In this document: piece after piece, positions 8,276 to 20,557 of the stretch
Layout: each line of letters starts with the position of its first letter
Numbering within the stretch: the stretch's first letter is position 1
NCBI GenBank assembly: GCA_965242505.1
Contig: OZ251449.1
Location: forward strand, 2,552,184 to 2,616,183
DNA from: Alphaproteobacteria bacterium
GTDB taxonomy: Bacteria > Pseudomonadota > Alphaproteobacteria > UBA2966
Length of the DNA stretch: 64,000 bases
Direction: 5' to 3'
Translations under genes and position numbers: made by a program
Notes under the pieces: generated by a model
The model's database searches: none
Told to the model about the DNA's origin: nothing
The model's input: the letters and a program-made list of their open reading frames with translations, nothing else

Positions 8276-10534
8276 GTGTCTCGCATGTGTCTGAACCAGG
8301 ACGGAAACGACGCTCCCGGCGGCGCGGGCGCGGCGCCGGACTCCGGCGCGTTCCGCGGCGGAGACCGGGTCGGCGTCCTGCTGCCCCTGCCGCTCGGCGG
8401 CGCCTACGACTACCTCGCGCCCGCTGGCCTGGAGCTGGACGAAGGGGACTTCGTGACCGTTCCCCTGGGCTCCAGGGAGGTGGACGGCGTGGTGTGGGGG
8501 CCGGGCGGCGGACGGGTGGAGGCCGGGAAGCTCCGCCAAGTGGCGGGACGCCACGACCTGCCCGCGCTGTCGGCCGACGTCCGCGCGTTCGTCGAGTGGG
8601 TCGCGGCCTACACGCTGTCGCCCGTCGGCGCCGTGCTCCGCATGGCCATGAGCGCGCGATCCCTCTTCGGGCCGCCCGCCCGCCGCCCCGCCGCCCACCG
8701 CATCGCCTACCGGCTCGCCGGTCCCCCGCCCGAGCGGATGACCAAGGCCCGTCGACGGGTCATCGACCTGCTGGCGGACGGCCCGCCGCGCACGCTCGCG
8801 GACATATGCGAGGCCGCCGCCGTCGGCGCCTCGGTGGTCCGGGGCCTCGCCGACCGCGCCGCGCTCGGGCGGGTCGTCCTGCCGGAAGACGCCGGATTCG
8901 CGATGCCGGACGCCGCGCGGCCGGGAGTCCGGCTCACGAGCGGCCAGGCGGTCGCGGTCGCGGCGCTGAACGCGCGCATCGCCGCGGGCGGGTTCAACGT
9001 CACGGTGATCGACGGCGTTCCGGGGTCCGGGAAGACGGAGGTCTATCTGGAGGGAATCGCCTCGACGCTGCGCCAGGGGCGGCAGGCTCTGGTCCTGCTC
9101 CCGGAGATCGCGCTGACCACCCGCTGGCTGGAGAGGTTCGAGGCGCGGTTCGGCGCGCGGCCCGCCCTCTGGCACTCCGACCTGAGCCAGTCGGAACGCC
9201 GCCGCGCGTGGCGCGCCGTGGCGAGCGGCGCGGCGCGCGTCGTCGTCGGCGCCCGGTCGGCGTTGTTCCTGCCCTATCCCGAGCTCGGCTTCGTCGTCGT
9301 CGACGAGGAGCACGACCCGTCCTACAAGCAGGAGGACGGCGTCGTCTACAACGCCCGGGACATGGCGGTGGCCCGCGGACACCTGTCCGGTTTTCCCGTG
9401 GCGCTGGTCTCGGCGACGCCCTCCCTGGAGACGGTCGTCAACGTCGACAACGGGCGTTACGGGCGCGTCCATCTCCCCGAACGGCACGGCGCGGCCGGAC
9501 CGCCGCGCATCGAGGCGATCGACATGCGGGACGCGGGCCTGCCCGCCGGCTCGTGGCTGTCGCCGGCGCTCGCCGCGGCGGCGCGCGAGACGCTGGCGGC
9601 GGGAGAACAGGTCATGCTGTTCCTGAACCGGCGCGGCTACGCGCCGCTGACGCTCTGCCGCGGTTGCGGGTTTCGCTTCGAGTGCCCGGACTGCTCGGCC
9701 TGGCTGGTCGAGCATCGCCGCGCGGGACGCCTGACGTGCCACCATTGCGGCCTGTCGCGGGGCTTTCCGGAGTCCTGTCCCGACTGCGGCGCGGACGACC
9801 GTTTCGCCGCCTGCGGCCCCGGCGTCGAACGTCTGGCCGAAGAGGTCCGGGGGCGCTTCCCCGACGCGCGCCTCGAGATCGTCGCCAGCGACACCCTCTC
9901 GGGGCCGGGAGCGACGCGGGAGTTGCTGGCGCGGATCGAGGGGCGCGAGGTCGACGTCCTGATCGGCACGCAGATTCTCGCCAAGGGGCATCACTTTCCC
10001 ATGCTGACGCTGGTGGGCGTCGTCGATGCCGATCTCGGCCTCGACGGCGGGGACCTGCGCGCGGCGGAACGCACCTACCAGTTGCACTTTCAGGTCGCCG
10101 GCCGGGCCGGCCGCGCCGACCGTCCGGGCCGGGTCCTTCTCCAGACCTATCTTCCCGATCACCCGGTGATGGCCGCGCTCGTGTCCGGAGACCGGGATTC
10201 GTTCCTGGACCGCGAGAAGGAAGCGCGCCGGCGCGCCGGGATGCCGCCCTTCGGTCGCCTGGCGTCGTTGATCGTGTCCGGCCGCGACGAGCGCGCCGCC
10301 GCCGCCGCCGCGCGCCGCCTCGGCGCCTCGGCGCCGCGAGGCGAGGGCGTTTCCGTCCTCGGTCCCGCGCCTGCGCCGCTGTCGGTGCTGCGGGGCATGC
10401 ACCGGTTCCGCCTGCTTCTCAAGGCGGCGCGCAACGTCCCGGTCCAGGAACGCGTCCGCGGCTGGCTGCGCGAGTCTCCCCCTCCGTCGAACGTCCGCGT
10501 GCGGGTCGACATAGACCCGTACTCGTTCCTCTGA
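8276..10534 (+). CDS. priA: primosomal protein N' (replication restart helicase PriA)
   Basis: Walker A GVPGSGKTEVY, DEAH-like VVDEEHD, Cys-rich zinc region CRGCG..CPDC..CHHCG..CPDCG. 752 aa. Confidence 0.9.
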   Translation: MSRMCLNQDGNDAPGGAGAAPDSGAFRGGDRVGVLLPLPLGGAYDYLAPAGLELDEGDFVTVPLGSREVDGVVWGPGGGRVEAGKLRQVAGRHDLPALSADVRAFVEWVAAYTLSPVGAVLRMAMSARSLFGPPARRPAAHRIAYRLAGPPPERMTKARRRVIDLLADGPPRTLADICEAAAVGASVVRGLADRAALGRVVLPEDAGFAMPDAARPGVRLTSGQAVAVAALNARIAAGGFNVTVIDGVPGSGKTEVYLEGIASTLRQGRQALVLLPEIALTTRWLERFEARFGARPALWHSDLSQSERRRAWRAVASGAARVVVGARSALFLPYPELGFVVVDEEHDPSYKQEDGVVYNARDMAVARGHLSGFPVALVSATPSLETVVNVDNGRYGRVHLPERHGAAGPPRIEAIDMRDAGLPAGSWLSPALAAAARETLAAGEQVMLFLNRRGYAPLTLCRGCGFRFECPDCSAWLVEHRRAGRLTCHHCGLSRGFPESCPDCGADDRFAACGPGVERLAEEVRGRFPDARLEIVASDTLSGPGATRELLARIEGREVDVLIGTQILAKGHHFPMLTLVGVVDADLGLDGGDLRAAERTYQLHFQVAGRAGRADRPGRVLLQTYLPDHPVMAALVSGDRDSFLDREKEARRRAGMPPFGRLASLIVSGRDERAAAAAARRLGASAPRGEGVSVLGPAPAPLSVLRGMHRFRLLLKAARNVPVQERVRGWLRESPPPSNVRVRVDIDPYSFL

Positions 10535-10540
10535 AACACG

Positions 10541-10560
10541 GCCGACCGGGGCCGGTCGGC
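10541..10560 (+). terminator. hairpin downstream of priA (no U tract)
   Basis: GCCGACCGG GG CCGGTCGGC perfect inverted repeat 7 nt after the priA stop. Confidence 0.3.
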
Positions 10561-10586
10561 GCCTCGTGCCGAACCGGGACGGGCGG

Positions 10587-10615
10587 TTGCAAGCGCCATG
10601 CCGGTGTAGTAGAAA
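10587..10615 (+). promoter_or_regulatory. candidate sigma70-type promoter of the atp operon
   Basis: TTGCAA, 17-nt spacer, TAGAAA, about 105 nt upstream of the proposed atpH start. Confidence 0.3.
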
Positions 10616-10721
10616 ACGCCGTCCCCGCGGCGGATGCCCGAAGCGGCGCGCCGTCACGGAGAACGTTCAATCAGAACAGCAAGTCGACCCGCTCGTTCGG
10701 ACTTCACGGGTAGTTTCCGAA

Positions 10722-11282
10722 TTGCTCAGCCAAACAAGCATCGTGTCCGGCATTGCAGGGCGTTACGCGTCGGCGCTCTTCGACCTCGCGCGCGAAGGGA
10801 ACGCGCTGGACGACGTCGCCGGCGACCTCGAAACCATCGACGCGATGATCGCCGGGAACGCGGACCTCGCGCGATTCACGCGTAACCCCGTGATTTCCCG
10901 CGAGCACCAGGGGCGGGCCATCGACGCGGTGCTGGAGGCGGCCGGCATCGGAGATCTCGCGCGCCGGTTCGTCGGGCTCGCGGCGCGGAACCGGCGCCTG
11001 TCCGCGCTCCGCGACATGACGGCGGCCTATCGGACCCTGCTGGCCGACCATCGGGGCCAGGCCGTCGCGAGGGTCACTTCGGCGCGCCCTCTGACGGACG
11101 AGCAGGCCGCGCGGATCGGGTCGCAGGTCGCCGGCGTCGTCGACCAGGAGATATCGCTGGCCACGGACGTCGACGAGAGCCTGCTGGGCGGCCTCGTCGT
11201 CCGCATCGGCTCCCGCATGATCGACAGCTCCCTCAAGACCAGGCTTCAGGGAATGCGGACCGCCATGAAGGAAGCCGGCTGA
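10722..11282 (+). CDS. atpH: F1 ATP synthase subunit delta (OSCP)
   Basis: GIAGRYASALFDLA..LLGGLVVRIGSRMIDSSLKTRL. Start is uncertain: TTG 10722 or GTG 10743. The 10566 start in the track gives an Arg/Cys-rich, implausible leader. Confidence 0.8.
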   Translation: MLSQTSIVSGIAGRYASALFDLAREGNALDDVAGDLETIDAMIAGNADLARFTRNPVISREHQGRAIDAVLEAAGIGDLARRFVGLAARNRRLSALRDMTAAYRTLLADHRGQAVARVTSARPLTDEQAARIGSQVAGVVDQEISLATDVDESLLGGLVVRIGSRMIDSSLKTRLQGMRTAMKEAG

Positions 11283-11308
11283 CGGACGGCCAGGAAAGAG
11301 GTTGATCC

Positions 11309-12838
11309 ATGGATATTCGCGCCGCCGAGATTTCGTCGATCCTGAAGTCGCAAATCGAGAACTTCGGCGCCGAGGCCGAAGTCTCCGAGGTGGGGCAGGT
11401 CCTTTCCGTCGGCGACGGGATAGCGCGCGTCTACGGCCTCGACCGGGTTCAGGCCGGCGAGATGGTCGAATTTCCCGGGGGCATCCAGGGAATGGCCCTC
11501 AACCTCGAGGACGACAACGTGGGCGTCGTCATCTTCGGCGAGGACCGCACCATCCGCGAAGGCGATACGGTCAAGCGCACCGAAACCATCGTCGACGTCC
11601 CGACGGGGAAGAACCTGCTGGGCCGCGTGGTCGACGGACTGGGCAACCCGATCGACGGCAAGGGGCCGGCGGAAGCCGCCGAACGCCGCCGCGTCGAGGT
11701 GAAGGCTCCGGGCATCATTCCGCGCAAGTCGGTCCACGAACCGATGCAGACCGGCCTGAAGGCCCTCGACAGCCTGGTCCCCATCGGGCGCGGACAGCGC
11801 GAGCTCGTCATCGGCGACCGCCAGACCGGAAAGACGGCGGTCGCCATCGACGCCATCATCAACCAGAAGGCGATCAACGAGGGCGACGACGAATCGCGCA
11901 AGCTGTACTGCATCTACGTCGCGGTGGGCCAGAAGCGGTCGACCGTCGCGCAGGTGGTCAAGGCCCTGGAGGACGCGGGGGCCATGAGCTACACGACCGT
12001 GGTCGCGGCGACGGCGTCCGAGCCGGCGCCGCTACAGTTCCTGGCGCCCTACACCGGCTGCGCGATGGGCGAGTATTTCCGCGACAACGGCATGCACGCG
12101 CTCATCGTCTACGACGACCTCTCCAAGCAGGCGACGGCCTACCGGCAGATGTCGCTCCTGCTGCGCCGTCCGCCCGGACGCGAGGCGTTTCCCGGCGACG
12201 TGTTCTACCTGCACTCCAGACTCCTGGAGCGCGCCGCCAAGATGAACGACGACGAGGGGGCGGGTTCGCTGACGGCGTTGCCCGTGATCGAGACGCAGGC
12301 GAGCGACGTGTCGGCCTACATTCCGACCAACGTCATCTCCATTACCGACGGCCAGATATTCCTCGAGACGGACCTGTTCTACCAAGGCGTCCGTCCGGCC
12401 ATCAACGTCGGGATCAGCGTGAGCCGGGTGGGATCGGCGGCCCAGATCAAGGCCATGAAGCAGGTCGCGGGCAGCATCAAGCTCGAGCTGGCCCAATACC
12501 GCGAGATGGCCGCGTTCGCCCAGTTCGGATCGGATCTCGACGTCTCGACCCAGCGGTTGCTGAACCGGGGCGCGCGCCTCACCGAGCTGCTGAAACAGCC
12601 CCAGTACCGGCCCCTGCCGGTGGAGGAGCAGGTCGTTTCGATCTTCGCGGGCGTCAACGGCTACCTGGACGGCGTTCCCGTCGAGTCGGTAACGGACTTC
12701 GAGGAGAAGTTCCTGGCCGGGATGCGGGCCCGGAACGGCGACGTCCTGGACGCCATCCGCTCGGAACGGGAAATCTCCGACGCCACCGAGGAGAAGTTGA
12801 AGGGCATCCTCGACGACTTCGCCCGGAACTACGCCTAG
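11309..12838 (+). CDS. atpA: F1 ATP synthase subunit alpha
   Basis: GDRQTGKTA Walker A. 509 aa. Canonical operon position. Confidence 0.95.
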   Translation: MDIRAAEISSILKSQIENFGAEAEVSEVGQVLSVGDGIARVYGLDRVQAGEMVEFPGGIQGMALNLEDDNVGVVIFGEDRTIREGDTVKRTETIVDVPTGKNLLGRVVDGLGNPIDGKGPAEAAERRRVEVKAPGIIPRKSVHEPMQTGLKALDSLVPIGRGQRELVIGDRQTGKTAVAIDAIINQKAINEGDDESRKLYCIYVAVGQKRSTVAQVVKALEDAGAMSYTTVVAATASEPAPLQFLAPYTGCAMGEYFRDNGMHALIVYDDLSKQATAYRQMSLLLRRPPGREAFPGDVFYLHSRLLERAAKMNDDEGAGSLTALPVIETQASDVSAYIPTNVISITDGQIFLETDLFYQGVRPAINVGISVSRVGSAAQIKAMKQVAGSIKLELAQYREMAAFAQFGSDLDVSTQRLLNRGARLTELLKQPQYRPLPVEEQVVSIFAGVNGYLDGVPVESVTDFEEKFLAGMRARNGDVLDAIRSEREISDATEEKLKGILDDFARNYA

Positions 12839-12882
12839 GTTCTCCGGGCGGCGACTCCGAGCGATCGACGGGCCGACGGTTC

Positions 12883-15252
<2,370 letters not shown>

Positions 15253-15269
15253 GGAACGGGGTCGCGAAC

Positions 15270-15671
15270 ATGGCCGACAAGCTCGCCTTCGAACTCGTTT
15301 CGCCGGAACGGCTCCTCGTTTCGGCCGAGGCCGACATGGTCGTCGTTCCGGGCGGCGAAGGCGATTTCGGCGTCCTGGCGGGTCACGCGCCGGTGATCTC
15401 GTCGGTTCGGCCGGGCGTCATCGAGACGCACGGCGAAGACGGCGAAACGGAGCGCATCTTCGTCACGGGCGGTTTCGCCGAGGTGACGGCCGAGGGCCTT
15501 ACGGTGCTGGCGGAAGACGCCGTTCCCGTGGCCGAGATGGACCGCGGAGATCTGGAGCAGCGCCTGAAGAACGCCCGGGAAGACCTCGAGGACGCGAAGA
15601 CGGACGAAGCGGCGCACAAGGCGCAGGCCACGATCGCGCTGTTGACGGAGATGCTGAAGGCCGCGGCCTGA
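15270..15671 (+). CDS. atpC: F1 ATP synthase subunit epsilon
   Basis: 133 aa. [34 protein letters not shown]. Confidence 0.9.
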   Translation: MADKLAFELVSPERLLVSAEADMVVVPGGEGDFGVLAGHAPVISSVRPGVIETHGEDGETERIFVTGGFAEVTAEGLTVLAEDAVPVAEMDRGDLEQRLKNAREDLEDAKTDEAAHKAQATIALLTEMLKAAA

Positions 15672-15765
15672 CCCGCATTTCCCCTACCGGCAGGGACCGA
15701 GGATCGCGCGGCTGCGGTCCACCCCCCTCCCGACCTCCCCCCTGCCAGGGGGGAGCGTCAACGGT
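15672..15765 (+). repeat. mosaic element copy R4 (solo A module) between convergent atpC and rppH
   Basis: CCCGCATTTCCCC...GGTCCACCCCCCTCCCGACCTCCCCCCTGCCAGGGGGGAG. Starts directly after the atpC TGA. Confidence 0.8.
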
Positions 15766-15774
15766 TCCCTCCCG

Positions 15775-16302
15775 TCATCTGTCCAGGGGGAGGGGCGTGC
15801 GCGGCGGCCCGTCCCGCCGGAGCCGGTCCAGGGCGTCCGAGAATTCCGCCAGGACGGCCTCGTAGACGCCCCGCTTGAACGCCACGATCAGGGCGGGGAG
15901 CCCGTCGGGCTCGATCCATTTCCACTCGTCGAATTCGGCGTCGCGCGCGCCGAGCCCGATGTCGCCGTCGGAGCCGGTGAACCGGAACAGGAACCACTTC
16001 TGACGCTGGCCTCTGTAGCGGCCTTTCCACGCCTTCTTCCGTATGTCGGCGGGGAAGTCGTAGGCCAGCCACCCGGAGCTCTCGGCGATGATCTCCGCCT
16101 TGTTCGTGCCGATCTCCTCCTCGAGTTCGCGCCAGGCCGCCGCTGCCGGCGTCTCTCCCTCGTCGATGCCGCCCTGCGGCATCTGCCAGGCGGGTGAGTC
16201 CATGTCGTTCCGGCGGGCGACCAGAACCCGCCCCTCCGGGTTCGCCAGCATCATGCCGACGCCGGCCCGGTAGGGAAGATCGTCGGTCGTATCAGGCGTC
16301 AT
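15775..16302 (-). CDS. rppH: RNA pyrophosphohydrolase (Nudix)
   Basis: Nudix box GGIDEGETPAAAAWRELEEEIG. YRGQRQKWFLFRF, typical of RppH. Confidence 0.85.
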   Translation of the reverse strand: MTPDTTDDLPYRAGVGMMLANPEGRVLVARRNDMDSPAWQMPQGGIDEGETPAAAAWRELEEEIGTNKAEIIAESSGWLAYDFPADIRKKAWKGRYRGQRQKWFLFRFTGSDGDIGLGARDAEFDEWKWIEPDGLPALIVAFKRGVYEAVLAEFSDALDRLRRDGPPRTPLPLDR

Positions 16303-16304
16303 TG

Positions 16305-16401
16305 CTCCTCCCCCCTGACAGGGGGGAGGTCGGGAGGGGGGTGGACCACGGTCCCGCGACGCCGCGCAATCCTCGATCCCTGCCGGTGCGAGGAATGCGG
16401 G
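16305..16401 (-). repeat. mosaic element copy R5 (solo A module), fills the whole ctpA-rppH gap
   Basis: CTCCTCCCCCCTGACAGGGGGGAGGTCGGGAGGGGGGTGGACCACGGTCCCGCGACGCCGCGCAATCCTCGATCCCTGCCGGTGCGAGGAATGCGGG. Confidence 0.85.
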
Positions 16402-17682
16402 CTAATCGGTCCGCCGTCCATAAAGCGTGATGCCCCGCAGGAGGTCGAGCGCGCGCGCGAGCTGATAATCCTCGGCCGCCGAGGTGGCCGGCCTCGTCCC
16501 GGAGGCCGCCCCCGCGCCCGGCTCGCCGTCGCCGTCGTCCTCGGACTCCAGCGCGTTGCGGAGCGACGCCTCGCTGCGCCGCGGTTCCGATTCGATGGGT
16601 TCCACGCGGGACTGCACGATCTCGATGTCGGGCTCGATGCCGGTGGCCTGGATCGAGCGTCCCGACGGCGTGTAGTAGCGCGACGTGGTCAGGCGCATCG
16701 CCCCATGGCCGGACAGGGGAATGATGGTCTGGACCGAACCCTTGCCGAAGGATTTGGTTCCCAGCACCAGCGCGCGCCGATGGTCCTGCAGGGCGCCCGC
16801 CACGATCTCCGACGCGGATGCGGAACCCCCGTTGATGAGCACGACGATGGGCTTGCCGTTCGACACGTCGCCGTCGCGCGCCGAAAAGCGTTGAACGTCG
16901 TCGGGGTCGCGCCCGCGGGTGGATACGATCTCGCCCTTGTCGAGGAAGGCGTCGGCCACCGAGACGGCCTGCTCGAGGAGGCCGCCGGGATTGTTGCGCA
17001 GGTCGAGCACTATGCCGCGCATGTCGTCGCCGAGTTCGCTCTCCAGCGACGTCATCGCCTTCTTCAACCCCATTTCGGTCTGCTCGTTGAAGGAGGTGAC
17101 GCGAATGTAGGCGACGTTCCCCTCGGCCCGGGAGCGCACGGACCGAATCCTGATGATGGCGCGGGTGATCGAGATGTCGAACGGCCGCTCCTCTCCGGGT
17201 CTCGAGATCGTGAGGGCGATGTCCGTGTCGACGGGACCCCTCATCTTCTCGACGGCTTCCGCGAGCGTCAGCCCCAGAACCTGCTGGCCGTCGATCCGCG
17301 TGATGAAATCGCCGGCCTTGACCCCGGCGCGATAGGCCGGCGTATCGTCGATCGGAGAAACGACCTTGACCACGCCGTTCTCCATGGTCACCTCGATCCC
17401 CAGACCGCCGAACTCGCCCTTGGTCTGCACCTGCATGTCCCGATAGCTCTTGGCGTTCAGATAGGCCGAGTGGGGATCCAGCGACGTCAGCATGCCGTTG
17501 ATCGCCTTCTCGATCAGAGTCTCGTCCGTGACCTCCTCGACGTAGTCCGAGCGCACGCGCTCGAAAACGTCGCCGAAGAGCTGCAACTGGCGGTAGGTGT
17601 CCGAGCTGTCCGATTGGGCGCCCGCCGGTATCGCGAAACACGCCAGCCCCATCAGGGCGAGACACCATGCCGAACGCTTCAT
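16402..17682 (-). CDS. ctpA: carboxy-terminal processing (S41) protease
   Basis: Signal peptide MKRSAWCLALMGLACFAIPAGA. PDZ region. LDLRNNPGGLL and GSASASEI motifs. Confidence 0.85.
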   Translation of the reverse strand: MKRSAWCLALMGLACFAIPAGAQSDSSDTYRQLQLFGDVFERVRSDYVEEVTDETLIEKAINGMLTSLDPHSAYLNAKSYRDMQVQTKGEFGGLGIEVTMENGVVKVVSPIDDTPAYRAGVKAGDFITRIDGQQVLGLTLAEAVEKMRGPVDTDIALTISRPGEERPFDISITRAIIRIRSVRSRAEGNVAYIRVTSFNEQTEMGLKKAMTSLESELGDDMRGIVLDLRNNPGGLLEQAVSVADAFLDKGEIVSTRGRDPDDVQRFSARDGDVSNGKPIVVLINGGSASASEIVAGALQDHRRALVLGTKSFGKGSVQTIIPLSGHGAMRLTTSRYYTPSGRSIQATGIEPDIEIVQSRVEPIESEPRRSEASLRNALESEDDGDGEPGAGAASGTRPATSAAEDYQLARALDLLRGITLYGRRTD

Positions 17683-18878
17683 CCGCTCACCTTTCTCTCG
17701 CTGGACGCCAACCAGGGAAGCGGATCGATCGGCGCGCCGTTTCGCCTCAGTTCCACGTACAGGACAGGGGCGCCGCCGTCGTTCCCGCCCATCCGCCCTA
17801 TGGGCTCTCCGGCCAGCAGCCACTGGCCCACGACGCCGTCGATGCGGGACATTCCGGCTATCAGCGAATGGTATCCCTCGCCGTGAGAGATGATCAAGAG
17901 TTGGCCATACCCGCGGAAGGGACCGGCGAACATCAAGCGGCCGTCGTAGGGCGCGACCACCTGCGCCGATGCCCGGGTGGCGACGGTCAGGCCCTGGTTG
18001 CGCGTTCCGAATCGATTCCGTTCGCCGAACCTCGTCACCAGCCGGCCGCGCGCCGGCAGGGGAAGCTTGCCTCGCGCGCCGGCGAACGGACCGCCGCCTC
18101 CCGGAACGAGGGCCGCGCCGGGAGACTCCCGGGCCATACGCTCCTCGTCCTTTCGCAGCTCTCGCAGCAGCGCGCGCAGATCCCTGGCTTCCCTCGCCAG
18201 ACGGGCGATCCGCTCCCTGGACCGGGTCCATTCGCCAAGGGTCTGTTCGTGGAGCCGGGACGTCTGCATCAGCAGCCGGTCGAGGGCCTGGCGTTCGCGC
18301 GCCAGCGTCTCGGATGCGTGGGCCAGTTCCGCCCGTTCATCCTCTATGCCGCTCCGGACGTCTCGGAGCGCGGTCAGCTCCGCGCGCAGTTCGCGCACCC
18401 GGGACCGCAGCCCGGGGATCGCGCTGGCCAGCAAAATCGCGCCCCGAACCGCGGCGACGGGGTCCGCCGAAGCCGAGACGAGGGTTTCGGGCGGGCGGCG
18501 TCCCAAAAGCGCCAAGGTCGCGATGACCGACGAGAGATCTCCGTGCCGTTCCCGAAGATCGCGCGCCTTCGCGTGTTCCTCGGCGCGCAACGCCTGCAAT
18601 CTGGCCTCGATGCCGGAGATCCGTTCCTCATGGGTCTGAACCGACGCAGCCGTGTCGATCAGCTCTCCGCGCATGGACTTGAGGCCCCGGTCGAGGCGCC
18701 CGACCCGTGATTCGAGGGTTCGTTCCCGCTGGCGGCTCGATTCGATCTCCCGTTCGATCCGTTGAAGTTCCTGTTCCGTCGACTGGGCATGGACCCGACC
18801 GGAGCCATCGAGACATGGCGCGGCGTACGCGGCCAGGCCGCAAACGAGCGCGAGAGACCGGAGGTCAGGCCGGCGCAT
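17679..18878 (-). CDS. M23/LytM-domain murein hydrolase activator (EnvC-like)
   Basis: N-terminal coiled coil. C-terminal GLTVATRASAQVVAPYDGRLMFAGPFRGYGQLLIISHGEGYHSL. Start chosen at MRRPDLRSLAL. Confidence 0.75.
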   Translation of the reverse strand: MRRPDLRSLALVCGLAAYAAPCLDGSGRVHAQSTEQELQRIEREIESSRQRERTLESRVGRLDRGLKSMRGELIDTAASVQTHEERISGIEARLQALRAEEHAKARDLRERHGDLSSVIATLALLGRRPPETLVSASADPVAAVRGAILLASAIPGLRSRVRELRAELTALRDVRSGIEDERAELAHASETLARERQALDRLLMQTSRLHEQTLGEWTRSRERIARLAREARDLRALLRELRKDEERMARESPGAALVPGGGGPFAGARGKLPLPARGRLVTRFGERNRFGTRNQGLTVATRASAQVVAPYDGRLMFAGPFRGYGQLLIISHGEGYHSLIAGMSRIDGVVGQWLLAGEPIGRMGGNDGGAPVLYVELRRNGAPIDPLPWLASSERKVSG

Positions 18879-20454
18879 GGCCGCAGCGGGACGCCGGGGC
18901 CCCGGCGCGTTCGAGGAGGGAGGTTCCCGAGGCGCCGCCGGGCGCGGAGAGGCCCATGAGCTCCAGAAGCGTCGGGGCGACGTCGGCGAGCCGCCCATCA
19001 CGCAGACGGCCGACGCCGCCCGGCGCGTTCACCAGGATCGCCGGGACCTTGCCCATGGTATGCGCCGTGTGCGGCTGTCCCGTGTCCGGGTCGATCATGC
19101 GCTCGGCATTGCCGTGATCCGCCGTGATCAGGAGAGACCCGCCAGCCTGCCCCACGGCGTCCGCGAGCCTGCCGAGACAGGCGTCCACGGTTTCCGCCGC
19201 CGTGATCGCGGCGTCGAGGTTCCCCGTGTGGCCGACCATGTCTCCGTTCGCGTAGTTCACGAGGATGAAATCGAACGTCTCGCCGTCGATCGCCGCGATC
19301 AGCCGGTCCGTGACCTCATGGGCCGACATCTCCGGCCTGAGGTCGTAGGTGGCCACTTTCGGCGACGGCACCAGAATGCGTTCCTCGCCGGGGAAGACCC
19401 GCTCTTCTCCTCCGTTGAAGAAGAACGTGACGTGCGCATACTTCTCCGTCTCGGCGATGCGGAGTTGCCTGAAGCCGGCCCGGGACACGATCTCCCCCAG
19501 GGTGTCCCGCACCTGGACGGGCGGGAACAGCGCGGGCAGGAGCGGGGCCAGCTCCGCGGCGTACTCGACCATGCCGACGGCCGCCGCGAAGCGGACGACT
19601 CGCCGCCGCCGGAACGACGCGAACGCGGGGTCGAGCAACGCCGTCATGATCTCGCGGGCGCGGTCGGCGCGGAAGTTGATCATCAGAACGCCGTCGCCGT
19701 CGCTCATGCCCGCGTAGTCCGCGACGAGCCGCGGCCTGACGAATTCGTCCGTCTCGCCGGCGGCGTACGCGGACTCGATGGCCGATGCGGCGTCGGCGGC
19801 GCGTTCTCCGACACCGGCGACCAGCGCGCCGTAGGCGATTTCGACCCGCTCCCAGCGCCCGTCCCGATCCATGGCGTAGTAGCGTCCGCAGAGCGACGCG
19901 ACGCGGATATCCCCGATCCCATCGACGGCCTTCGCAAAGCGGGCGAGATACGCATCCGCGCTCTTCGGGGGGGTGTCCCTTCCGTCCAGCAGCGCGTGGA
20001 CCGCGACCGGAACGCCGGCCGACGCGACGAGTCCGGCGAGGGCCGAGATATGGTCCTGGCGCGAATGGACGCCGCCCGGCGACATCAGACCCAGCATGTG
20101 GCAGGTTCCGCCGCTCTCCTTCAGCGCGTCGACGAAATCCCGCAGGACGCCGTTGCCGGCGAGGACGCCGCGACGCAGCGCGTCGTCGATGCGCGGCAGG
20201 TCCTGCGGGACGACGCGGCCGGCGCCGATGTTCATGTGACCTACTTCCGAGTTGCCCATCTGTCCGGCGGGCAAGCCGACATGGGCCTCCGAAGCGTCCA
20301 GCAGACTCCAGGGGCATCCCGCCAGCAGGCGGTCGTAGTTCGGCGTCGACGCCCGGGCGATCGCGTTGTCCTCCCCGGCCTCCCGATGGCCCCAGCCATC
20401 CAGGACGCAGAGGACGACGGGGCGCGGCCTGTCGATGTCGCGCATGAAGTTCAT
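18865..20454 (-). CDS. gpmI: 2,3-bisphosphoglycerate-independent phosphoglycerate mutase
   Basis: VVLCVLDGWGH..GQMGNSEVGHMNIGAGR..TADHGNAE. Start at MNFMRDID (or 20445). Confidence 0.9.
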   Translation of the reverse strand: MNFMRDIDRPRPVVLCVLDGWGHREAGEDNAIARASTPNYDRLLAGCPWSLLDASEAHVGLPAGQMGNSEVGHMNIGAGRVVPQDLPRIDDALRRGVLAGNGVLRDFVDALKESGGTCHMLGLMSPGGVHSRQDHISALAGLVASAGVPVAVHALLDGRDTPPKSADAYLARFAKAVDGIGDIRVASLCGRYYAMDRDGRWERVEIAYGALVAGVGERAADAASAIESAYAAGETDEFVRPRLVADYAGMSDGDGVLMINFRADRAREIMTALLDPAFASFRRRRVVRFAAAVGMVEYAAELAPLLPALFPPVQVRDTLGEIVSRAGFRQLRIAETEKYAHVTFFFNGGEERVFPGEERILVPSPKVATYDLRPEMSAHEVTDRLIAAIDGETFDFILVNYANGDMVGHTGNLDAAITAAETVDACLGRLADAVGQAGGSLLITADHGNAERMIDPDTGQPHTAHTMGKVPAILVNAPGGVGRLRDGRLADVAPTLLELMGLSAPGGASGTSLLERAGAPASRCGHAPA

Positions 20455-20557
20455 TTTACCATATCCGGAACGATCCGACGCTCCGTTCCGGACAGGCGCG
20501 GACAGCGCCGGCCCGAACGGGCGAGACGCGCGGTCCCGGCGCCTTGCCCGTCTTTGT

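Noticed and set aside
10566-10721. The ATG at 10566 as the atpH start (238-aa version).
   Set aside because: The added 52 residues (MPNRDGRLQAPCRCSRKRRPRGGCPKRR..) are non-protein-like and would overlap the promoter-like TTGCAA-N17-TAGAAA. Delta subunits start shortly before the ..G.A.RYA.ALF motif.
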